From assembly GCA_965655095.1 (NCBI GenBank), contig OZ296649.1:80290001-80354000 (forward strand): a stretch of DNA of 64,000 nucleotides, in the 5' to 3' direction. Within the stretch, counting starts at the first letter, position 1, and each line of letters begins with the position of its first letter. Of the stretch, positions 48,766 through 59,878 are shown in pieces. The notes below the pieces were generated by a model, which was not told where the DNA came from, ran no database searches, and saw only the letters and a list, made by a program, of their open reading frames with translations. The position numbers and the translations under genes were made by a program. The DNA is from Haplodiscus bocki (Eukaryota).

Positions 48766-51700
48766 ATGTCTGACAAGAAACAGTGTGCTCCAAATGGTTT
48801 GAAAAATCCAAATTCGCACGTCACTAGAAAACTCATCAATTCCCGTCCACGAAGTGCGGAGCGTCATTTGCCACATCTAAAAAATTGGCTGATCATTCTG
48901 TGGCGAAACTTTCTGTGGGATCATCAAATCCGAACTTTCAGTGTACTCGTTGCAACTTTCCTCTTCTAACCTTTAGCAAACTCAGTGATCACAAGCGCGT
49001 TGCTCATGGTAATAATCAACGAAATTCCTCTCAGAACGTTGAATTGAACTCTTTCGAATGTTCTGACCCACAATTCCTTCAGGAGCTACGCTCTGTGCAA
49101 CATTCTTTGGTTGACTCCAAAATCGAATTCAAGAAAAAAAAGTATTTACAATTTTCGAATAACAGTACAGTCCCAATTTCATTAATGAAAAGCTAACCGA
49201 AATCTTCAATGAATTAAGTTGTGCAGCCAAAATCAATACATCCTTGGGGTTCGTTCTTCATGACTTAGTTGAAACACAAGACTACAGACACTTTTATCCT
49301 GCTGACAACAATCTTATTTTCGAGCTCCCTCTAACGCTGGCGAATAAAGAAGATCTTGACAAATTGAAAAAAATTAAGAAGGAACTTTTCGAACAAAGTG
49401 TATCTATCTCATCGCCCAAAAACAAATGGCAGTTTTTCCAGTTAACAAATTTTATGGAACTTGTTTTTCATCTTAATCATGCACCCCCTGGTTGCCAGAA
49501 CCTATTTCTTCCTCAACCACTTTTGAGACATCCTTCGGCGAAAACATTCCTCTCTGACTCCAAAAAAACCTTATCATGACACTCTATGTTTATTTTGGGT
49601 AGTCGCATTCGAAAAATTTGGCAGAGATGGGCTCGCTGCTTCAAGAGGATACATATTATCGGAGCTTCTTTCAAAAACCGGAAAAGACTACACAAATTTC
49701 ACCGGTGTTTCACCGAGTGAATTTCATGAAGTTGAAGAGATCGTGCAAATGAACATACAAGTTTAATCCATCGGCTTTGATGAAAAGCAGAACCTTATAG
49801 GAGAACACTCTCATCAGTCTGCAAATTTGTTCTCTGACACAGTATCGCTGCTACAGTGTGACAATCACATATGCTGGACGAAGAACATTGCCAATTCCTG
49901 AAAAAGTATCATTGCCGCAACTGCGATAAGTTTTGGTGGCGATTATTCAACTTCCAGAGTCATATCAGAAATTACACTGAACGTATATCTCATTGCTATC
50001 CTACTGGACCTTATCAATTGAATGAAACTGTTTTTGAGAAGATGAGAAACTTGGAAATCGATGTTGAAAACAACCTTTTCAAAAACCTCGTTGTCGATTT
50101 TGAATCATTCACCGTGCACGATCTATCTCTTAATCATACACATTCCACAACCTTCATTGGGAAACACGTTCCCATAAGCGTTCCCTTTCATTCGAACCTT
50201 ATTTCCAATCCTACTTTTATTTGTGACATAAACCGTCGCAGTTTGGTAACCATATTTCTTCTGGAGTTACTAGATCTTTCCGAAAGTTCCAACGAATTAC
50301 GTCAATTGTTCAATCCTTTCATACAGTTGATTCAAAACAAATTAACCGAAACAAATAATAAGCTGCCGGATAAGTCAGATGACGATGAAATGGAGGAAGC
50401 ACTCAATTTGAAACTCCTACGGCGTTACGAACAGCTATGTGGGAATCAAACTAGACCTGGACAGTTATTGCGTGAACTTACCTATTTTCGCTTTTAACAG
50501 CTCACGCTATGATCTCAACATTATCAAAGAATACTTACTTGGAATTTTGTTGAAGGATTTCCATTGCTCCCCAACAGTCATCAAAACTTGCAACGAACTT
50601 ATTGCAATGAATTTCATGGGTTTACAGTTTCTGACTATTTTGAATCTTTTGGGTGGTGCAGCGTCTCTCGATAATATTTTGAAAGCAAATGGCACATCGG
50701 AACAGAAGGGATTCTTTCCCTATGAATGGTTTGATAACGTAGAAAAGTCGAGACACACTGAACTACCTAATGCAGATGCTTTCTACAGTAAACTCAAAAA
50801 CTGTAACGTGTTGGAAACGGTCTTAAGTATGTACAAATGTTCGCTGAGAAAAGGAATCACTAGCAGTGTTGCTTTAAAAAAGCTTCGACTACCGTCTCCT
50901 CCCCAAGGAAAAGAAGTAAACTATCAAGGTTTGAAAGGGGTATGGGAAGAGAACCATATGAAATCATTTCAAGATTTCCTCAAATGGTACAACAATAAAC
51001 ACGTTGTTCCTAAACTTGCAGCGTTGCAGAAAAAGATGCATTTCTATCATCAGAAAGGAATTGACATGTGAAAGTTAGGCCTCACATTACCAAACCTCGC
51101 CAATCGCATCCTCCATTCATCAACTCCACATAATTTCCTCCCATCCAACCGGGAAGACAAAAGTTTTGATGATTATATACACGGATGGCTGACAGGAGGT
51201 CCTTCGACTATTTTCACAACAGACGTGAAGTAGGTGTTACGAAAATCAAAAACAGCTCCAACACGTGTAAATCGGCGCCAGTTGGTATCGACGCCAGTCA
51301 GCTGTATCCCTTTTCAATCATGAAAGACATGCCAACAGGAGTATACACGAAATGGGAGTTGCGGAAAGACACTGGATTGTTTCATACTGGAAGAAACAAG
51401 AAAAGTTTCTTGGAATGTGTCGTTCTGAATTATTTCCAGAAGCAGAACCCATTGTTCTATTCAGTCTCATTTCACTATAACATAACAAAAACGAATTGGT
51501 GCATATTTAGTTGACGGATTTTGGTCACACTGTAACACCGTTTTTGAGGTGCTGGGGTGTTACTGGCAATTTTGGCCTTATCAGGAGATGAAAAATTTAT
51601 CCAACGAAATTGAGAACGGTGTGAAAAGAAGGGAGTACTACGAATGCCGACGTAAGTTTCTGTTGGAAAGTAGATTCAAAGTATGTGAAATTTGGGAGAG

Positions 51701-53367
51701 CGATTGGTAGAAGAAAGTGAAAAACAATGTTGATGGTGCTGGAGACTATATGAAAACTACTTATTCGTACCAGAAACCGATTTCAGAAAACAAGTTGAAT
51801 AAAAACATCAAGAGTAGCTTGAAGTTCGGCGTAGTTGACTGCTCAATTGAAGTACCCGAACGTTTGAGAAGAAAAATTCAGTGAATTTCCCCCTACTTTC
51901 AAGAATTGTGGAATCAATTTGGAACATATTGATCCGCACATGAAGGATTTTGCACATGAACATAACCTTCTGAAGCACCCTAGACAAATGCTGATATCGA
52001 GTTTTTATCAATAACAAGCAGCAGTATTCACACCTCTCCTTCAGTTTTAATTAGAAAAAAGTCTGGTATTGAATCAAGTTCATTGGTTTATCCAATATAC
52101 ACCAGAAAAATATCTTTCATCATATCCTTACTAGAAACCGCTTTCAGAAAACAAGTTGTCAACAGATCAAGAGCGGCCTGAAGTTTGGCGTATTTGACTG
52201 CTCAATTGAACTACCTGAACGTTTCCGAGAAAAACTCAGTGAATTTCACCCTATATTCAAGAATTGTGAAGTCAGTTTTCAGTTTGGAAAACATTGGTCC
52301 GCACAAGAAGGAATTTGCACATGAACATAATTTTCTAAAGAAACTTAGAAGAATGCTGATGTCGAATTTCTATTTCCAACGAGGACCAGTAATCACACCT
52401 CTCCTTTAGTTTTCTTTAGAAAAAGGTCTGGTATTGAACCAAATTTACTGGTTTATCCAATATACACCCGAAAAAAATTTCGAGTCTTCCGTCAACTCGG
52501 TCGTGGAAGCACGACGAGAAGAAAACAAAAACACATCTTCTTCATTTGCTGATGAGACAATGAAACTAATAGGTACCTATTCATATGGATACCAAATTAT
52601 TGACCAGTCAAAACATTCAAAGACTCAGTATCGCGTTGGAGCAGAAGTTGATCAACTAGTGAATGAACGGAATTTCAAAAACTTGAATCTGCTTCCTTCA
52701 TACATTTATGAGGTTGAAATAGTTAAGTCAAAAGTGAATCACAAAGAACCCATAATTGTTGGATTCCTCATTCTGCGGTATGCGAAACTCACAACGCTAC
52801 AACTGTTTTATGTTTTTCAACTGTTCTGTGATCCTCAAAAGTACGAGCTAATCGAAATGGATACAGACAGTCCTTATATGGGTCTAACCGAATCTAAAGT
52901 TGAAGAATCATTAGCCCAGAGACGAAACAAAAGTGAGAGATTAATCGAGAGAATGACTGTAGAGATGACTTTAAAGCCGATGAACAGTACTATTTTTTCC
53001 CCAGAAACTGTTGTCAGCAGCACTGGAAATTTGATCAGAGGACACCTGGATTTTTCAAATAATTTAGATGTACTGAGACGGTTGCTCTTTGTTCTGAAAC
53101 TTACTGCTGCTTGGATGAACCGTCGAGAATAACTAAGTTGAGTTGTAAAGGACTTAATAAAAACTCGTTGAATCATGAACCCATCAAAGAATATCTCGGT
53201 GTTGGAGGAAAAAGAAAGAGTAATAAATAACATGCAGAAGAGGTTTTCGGGTTGTTGGAAATAGTACGGTATGTACATACGAGCGGAAGGAAAATGGATT
53301 GTCTTACTTTTACCCCAAACGTATAGTACTCAGTGATGGAATTCATATCAAACCTCTCAATATTTAG
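48766..53367 (+). pseudogene. Protein-primed DNA polymerase B with N-terminal C2H2 fingers and a Vsr-like insert; many disablements
   Basis: CTRCNFPLLTFSKLSDHKRVAH finger. Exonuclease VDFES, FNSSRYD. KGFFPYEW. Motif A IDASQLYP. Insert VDGF..EVLGCYW..EIWESDW. Motif B KLIGTYSYG. Motif C MDTDS. C-terminus YPKRIVLSDGIHIKPLNI*. Confidence 0.95.
51765..52480 (+). repeat. Diverged ~360-bp tandem duplication inside polB
   Basis: AGAAACCG.TTTCAGAAAACAAGTTG at ~51772 and ~52133; TGGTTTATCCAATATACACC at ~52084 and ~52449. Confidence 0.9.
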
Positions 53368-53419
53368 TCTTTGATGCTTAATCTTTTTACATAAATATTT
53401 TTAGCGTCTACAAGTTTCA

Positions 53420-54787
53420 TTTTTCACTCTGTGTCCAATTCAATTTTTTCTTATATTTACTTCCGCGTCTTCCAGCTTGATAGACAGATATAAAGTTTTC
53501 AACTCTTCATCTCTTTCACCCATCAATAATTTGAATTTCAACTAACTGAATTCGAATGAGCTTTCTGATGGACTTCAGTAATTGATCTTTTTCACTCTCC
53601 AAGGATTAGGACTCCATCAAGTGAGAACATTGAATTTTTCCACACCCTGATGATTAGAAACTTTTTGCATAGATTACTTTTCGAGAGCATTTCTCGCTCT
53701 TCAGTGATTTACGAATAGAGAGGACATCGACGTTTTCCACACTGTAATGATCACCAATTTTTCGCATAGAGAACTTTTCGACAGCATTTTTCACTCTTCA
53801 ATGATTCACGACTCGAGTGAGTGAGAACATTGACTTTCTCAAACTCTCATAATTACAACTTCTTCCCGCATAGATGACCAATCGAGAATAATTTTTCGAC
53901 TTTTCATTGATTTTTTTGCAATTTTTTCAAACTTTTCTCATTTTTTTTGCTGTTTCTTTCATTCTTTTCAACTCTTTTCCCTTTCGATCAAGTTTTTCGC
54001 ACTTTTTTTCAACTTTTCTACACTTTTTTTTTTCAATTTTCGGCACTTTCTTTTCAATTTTTCTTCTTTAAAAATAATTTTCCATTTTTGATGATATTTC
54101 ACAACATTTTCACGTTTTTCCACCTTTTTTCGGCTTTTTATCAACTTTTTTGCACTTTTTTCAACTTTTTTTAAATTTAAAAGTAAGTTTTTCATTTTTT
54201 TGATGAATTTTCACAACTTTTTGACGCTTTTTTGCACCTTTTTTCGTTTCTTTTGCTTTTTTTTGAATTTTTTAAAAACTTTTTTTAATTTAATGCACTT
54301 TTTTCAACTTTTTTTCACTTTCGAAGCAACTCTTTCAACTTTCTGATGATTTTTCACAACTTTTCAACGCTTTTTTCCAGCTATTCTGCACGTTTTTCCA
54401 ACCATTTTGGAGTTTTCCACTTATTTGCATATTTTTTTTCAATTTTTTTACGCTTTTCCAAAGTTTTTTACACGTTAGAGCCAATTTCTCCATTTTTTGT
54501 GATGATTTTATCCAACCCTGAAGAGCTTTTTCGCACATTAGGAGCATTATTTCCATTTTTGGTGATTTAGTTCTCTGATTTATAAAATGCCTACTTTAGT
54601 TTCAGGATACAAATTGTAGAAGAAGTAAAGTAGTAGACATTGTAGCAAAGTTTGTAACATCTGCACAAAAGTTCGAATAGAAGCATAGTGCCTTGTTGGT
54701 TATACTAAGGATTATTATATACAAAAATAATCTCAACTTGAAATAAATTATGCTTTTCATTGATTTATGGATTGCTATGTGAGACAT
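53420..54787 (-). pseudogene. Decayed Polinton ORF: hydrophobic N-terminus, Lys/Glu-rich repeats, three ~33-codon Cys-containing repeats
   Basis: 54602-54787 and 54335-54556 are in frame. T-rich low complexity at 53900-54560. Three ~100-bp repeats start at ~53621, ~53720 and ~53821. Confidence 0.5.
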
Positions 54788-55469
54788 GCTACGGTTTTGT
54801 TCACTCGTGTTCCGCTGAGGAAATTCAAAGAATTTTTTTCAAATATTTCGATTGAAAAGGAATGTACTGACTGAAAAATCGAAATGCTGCAATTGCGTAT
54901 TCGCTAAATTGTGAGCTTAATCAACATCGGATGTATATTTATCAGTCCAAGACGTATCGTTGGCACGACGGTGTAAACAACAACCATTTGAAACACAATG
55001 TACGTTCGTTACAGACCGATCGTGCATTGGGTTAGCCTTGACTACAGGTCGCGGGGTTGGGGGAGGGTTCCCCACGTTTCAGGGCTTCGGAAGACAACTG
55101 AGATGGACAAAAACGACAAAGTAGGCATTTTTGAAGTTATTTCTCAGTTCTATTCATTTCAGTTCTTTTAGACCACAGTAAACGTCACTGAACCTTTCAA
55201 CTTGGATTATCACTCGAATCAAAATCGTAGGTCACTGCTTCAGCGTTCGTAACAGCTGACATTACTCGAGCAGAGTAAGCACTTTCAAAAACTACAATCC
55301 TTTGATGAGCTATTAGCCAACATAATTCTTAACAATAATTACCTTTTAATTATAACAGTATCTTTCATTTCTAACCTTTGAAAAGTCAGTACGCATTCGC
55401 CTAAATACTCGAATTAAGTACGCATAAAAAAACCCTCTGACGCTAATCAGCAAGCGGCGGAACGACTTT

Positions 55470-55619
55470 AATTCCCGGTCCGCGGATTAATAGCTCCCGT
55501 GGCGCCGCGGATACGCCCGCCGGCCTGATTTACTTTTCCAACTCCATCCGAGCAGGTTGGAATCCCACTGACAGACCCCGTCTTTTTAAACACCTAACTT
55601 CTGCTCACTTATTACTACT
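55470..55619 (-). repeat. Polinton right TIR
   Basis: Reverse complement of 26031-26180; ends ACTACT followed by TSD GAGGAA. Confidence 0.95.
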
Positions 55620-58219
55620 GAGGAAAACTGTGCTCTCGGGGGCTTTACTTTCCATGTTAATAGTTTGAAGAAGGTTACTTTAACACAGTGGCCAAGCTGT
55701 GATTTTCAACAATTGCTCCAATGGAAGATTAGTGAACAAATCGAACACGTAAAACTGATTTTCTAAGGGGCCATGGTACAACGGAAACTACGGTTAAACA
55801 ATTAAACAAATTAAATTAACCCAGGTATATCTTTAAACCCAGGTATGCATTTGAAACAAGCAATCACGAAAGAAACATGTCGTATGAACAAATTCTTGCA
55901 ACCCCGCGAGAGCGAATGAAAAATATTTTGCGAGAAAGCATGAACAAAATCTAGGAACATTTAAAATGTAGGAACGAATGCGAGTTGTGCACGGATCGCA
56001 ACAGAGCCGCTGACATAACACTTGCTTGATATAACACAGACAAAGCGGAACAAATTAAATTCATCCAGTCTTTCGAAAACTCGGAACAACCAGACTAAAG
56101 TTCTTTTTTTTCAGAAACTGGAAAGAAGATCAGAAAGATCTAGAAAAAAGAGATTTGCACATATGATATTTTGAGTTGACTTTCGAAAACTACACCAGAA
56201 TATATTGCCCTAGGACGAAAGGATGGTCGCTCTTTGCACAGAAAGAAGATTGTTGTACGAGGCACTTGGAGAACTCGTTCAAAACAGTGACACGTTTGTT
56301 TTCACCCAACGAGATACAAATCTAAAGAAAAGACAAAGTTGGAGACAAAACGGACAAAAACTCTCACGAAAGCAGCAAACTTTAGCACGCTTTGGCTATT
56401 TCTGGAGCACTAAAAGTAATGTTGGCAAAATTTTTCTCAAATTCGAAAAAAATATCAAAACTGAAACATTCGTTTTTTTAATTAAGCTGAAGGTGTAGTT
56501 GATTTGGAAGGCAAAAACCGCTAAAATAGAATTAGGCAAATTTGCCACCTAAAAAAACGATGTAAACGACAGTTTCACCGCAAAATTTTCAAAATTTCAC
56601 GGATAATTGCTAAATATATCCCCATTTAATTGTTATTATTTTATTTGTTGCTGAAAATAAACTCAGGAACCAAGAAGCGAAAATCCCCCAGAAGTAAAAA
56701 GAAATAGCCATCTCATTGATTTCGAGCCCTTGAGAACCTCACTGTTGATCAACTTCAGAACCTCCTGCTGTAACGAGCTTTTAGTTGTGCTTCTGTGTCG
56801 TATTGATTTGGAATACAGGCTATAAAATTGAAATGTAACGCAGAAAAAGGAAACTGCAAAAAATGCAGATATAGCTTATTATGACCCATTTTATAGCGTC
56901 AGAAACGCCATATAGGCAACAATAAGTAATAATTTCGGAAATCACTATTATAGCTATCTACCTTTGGGCTTCTGTAATGTAGAAGTATCGGAAGGCAGCT
57001 GGAAAATTGATATGGAAATGAATCTGCGAAAGTTTCCGGAAATCGCGAAAATAACTACTTTTGACGAACTTTAAAAACCATTAAAACAGCATTTATTCGA
57101 ACACAACATTGAAAAACTAGAAACAGGAAACAGTCCTTAAATTCAACATTCCGTACCGATACATGCTTTATGCATACAAAAGATTGTTTGTATGGCAAAA
57201 GTTGCAAAACGCAGCTATTTTTGAGCACTGAAGACAAAAAAAATTGCGAGTTTTTAAAAATGATCATAAAGATTTCCAGACAATCAACATTTTTAGCAAC
57301 TTTCCCAATTCACACCCGACAATGTTGACTTGCTAGGGAAAGTACCACTTTGAATTTTGAATTGCGAAAAGTATGAAATTTGGCAAAGATATATACTCAA
57401 AACTGACAAATATATACTGACAAAAAGTATGTACTCAAAAAATTGCCAAAAATAAACTTAACACTGACTGCAAATTTTGAATGCCGGATTCGGGTTGTCA
57501 ATGGTACGACACAAAAACGCGCGTCGATCTTAATCAGCTGACGTTGCCCGTTCAACAATTTTATATCTGGAAAAAGTGAAGAAAACTGGTGAAAAAGTCC
57601 AAAAAAGGGGGTCTAAAACTTCTTTTTGAATTTTGATCAGACTTGTATCAGATAAAAAGCCTTTGTATAATTTTATCCAGCTGCACTCGAAATAAACTAC
57701 AGTGGAAAAACACATTGCACGAAAATCTTCATGCTGAAAAGAACAACGCAATGAAGCATGGTGTATTGGTTCAAAAAACATTTATTTGACGGCAGATGTT
57801 TTGAATTGCACTACAGCTAGAAATGAGAATCACACAAGTTACAGTATCCAAAGTTCTTTAAAAGTTTATGTAGACTACAAAGTTCAAACAGAGAGGAGCA
57901 GTCGAGCGTCCCAAAGCTGGGAAAACAAAATCAGGCAGCTTTCTCAAATTTTGGAACAGCACTGAGCGTAAAAACAAGAAAACGCTGTCGAAAGCAATAT
58001 GCAAATTTCCGCGATTGTCCAAACAAGATTCTATCTCAATGGAATTTGCTAGACTGTCGAAAAAACCATTTCTGGGATATCGGCTAAGGACTGCGGAAGC
58101 CATTTGACAGCGCAGAGGCGTTAAAACTTCCAAAAAATTGATCTGTTTCTCGTTCGAAAACCTTACCAAAGATGAGGACCCTCGCCTGCAAGGAGTCTCT
58201 CTCATGCCCCTGAGAATAG

Positions 58220-59580
58220 TTTACTTTACAAAATTTAAACTTGAAGACCTTGTAGCAGTAGCACTTGCGTTTGAAACCAACCTGATGCGGTTGCAGGCCA
58301 AAGGCTGATTTCGGGAGCGAATATTCGAAATCTGTATGGACAATCGCAAACTATCGCAGTTTCAGAATAACTCTACAGCACAAACAGTAGCTTTGTTTTT
58401 TTTAAAAATTTTTCTGCAAATATCAATTTTGTTTTCCCAACAAATTATGCAAAAAAAGTGAACTTAGCTACTTTTGCGAAGTAGAAAAGGCTCAAAACGA
58501 TAATTCTGTAGGAAAAAGATGAATATTTATTTCACAATTGAGAGATATGACATCTCGCATTGGGTTTCAATTGAGTTGTAATTGAAATTTAAAATTAGGA
58601 GGCAACCGAGGGAAAATTCCACAAAAATTGAAAAAAAAATAGGTACATCTTGTTCACTTTAAAACAACGAAAACTTCTTACTGTATTCAAATTTGTGTAA
58701 CTGTATCATACTAGTTTGGCCTAGTGGCATGATGCTTGATAGGGAAGGCAAAAGTGCAGAGTTCGATATGTGTGTCTACTGCCGTATTAGATGGGACACG
58801 CTGCTAAATGTTACAGAAAATCGAATTGCCAAAAAGATGACAAAATTGGGAAACTAAGCAAAAGTTCGGTCTACTTTAAAACCTAAAACACCCTTTTTGT
58901 CAAAGACTTCTGAAATCCTCGAACGCAATGTTCTGTGCTAACTTAAGCTGCATACCTGGTTAACAAGTTCAATCACAAAACAAGAAACATGCGAAAAAAA
59001 CAGCAAAAACAATGCTTTTTTTGCACTGAGTCTACAATATTTTCAGTTTTTTTCGCAAAATTGCAAAAACATCTTGTATAATTTCCGTTCGTAGTAGGTT
59101 TTTCAATTTGCACCCAAAATGTGACGTGATAAGGAAACATCAAAAAATCAGGACAAATTAGCAAAAACTAACGGTCGAAAAATTATTTAGTTCAGTTTCG
59201 AAAATGATACAAAACTTATAATTTGTACTTATCTGAAATCTCGGGGGAAATAGTAAAAAAAAATCAGAAACTTTCAAATTGGAGTGAACTTGCAAAACAA
59301 ATTCTTTAACACAGAAAATACACCCCCCTCCAATTAAATCATGAGGTCATTTTTCTAAAAACAAGATGACAAATTGAGAAAGAAAAGAAAATATCGAGCG
59401 CAAAAATCTGTGCGAGACGGGATTCGAACCCGGAAGGTCGTAATTCCCAAGTTCGCATGGCTTTCATTAACCACTAGCCCATATGATCCTTGACTATATT
59501 ATGATTCATCCCACTATCATCTTGAGCGATACGACAAAAAAACGAGGTCGACCGTAATAAGCTGACGCTTGCCAGTTTAA
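58220..59580. repeat. Interspersed repeat family B, copy 2
   Basis: Collinear with 21000-22455, same orientation. Confidence 0.75.
59410..59480 (-). pseudogene. tRNA-derived segment (possibly Pro-TGG) inside repeat B
   Basis: Minus strand GGGCTAGTGGTTAA (A-box-like)...CTTGGGA...CCGGGTTCGAATCCCG (B box/T arm); stems imperfect. Confidence 0.55.
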
Positions 59581-59878
59581 AAATCAAAACTTTACAAATA
59601 GAAGAAAGGTTTGAATTTGCATTTTCTGAACAAATACATATTGCAGGTTTTTGATGTTTTGGTAAAGTTAATACTGTTATCTCTGAAAATATTTTCGCTC
59701 AATAGATGTCCTTGATTGACTTTCGAACGTCGGTCGCATTTAGTAGTATAAAAATTCTCGACATGAAAAAGTATAAAAACTTTTTTAAAACCATGAAAAT
59801 AGCAAGAACATGTTTATGAACAGGGGACTCTTGCTTTTAGACCGAGATTTCACTTGATAGAGGCAAATGACCCTCATT

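Larger units (their letters stand above)
26031..55619 (+). mobile_element. Polinton/Maverick (adintovirus-like), both ends present, decayed; ~16.4 kb without the nested LTR element
   Basis: Starts AGTAGT (26031) and ends ACTACT (55619). Perfect 6-bp TSD GAGGAA at 26025-26030 and 55620-55625. TIRs present. Encodes ATPase, integrase, minor and major capsid, protease and pPolB. Confidence 0.97.

Noticed and set aside
53600-53910. CRISPR-like array
   Set aside because: Eukaryotic context; whole ~100-bp units are homologous, with no unique spacers.
59410-59480. Functional tRNA gene
   Set aside because: Acceptor and anticodon stems do not pair well, and it is part of an interspersed repeat.
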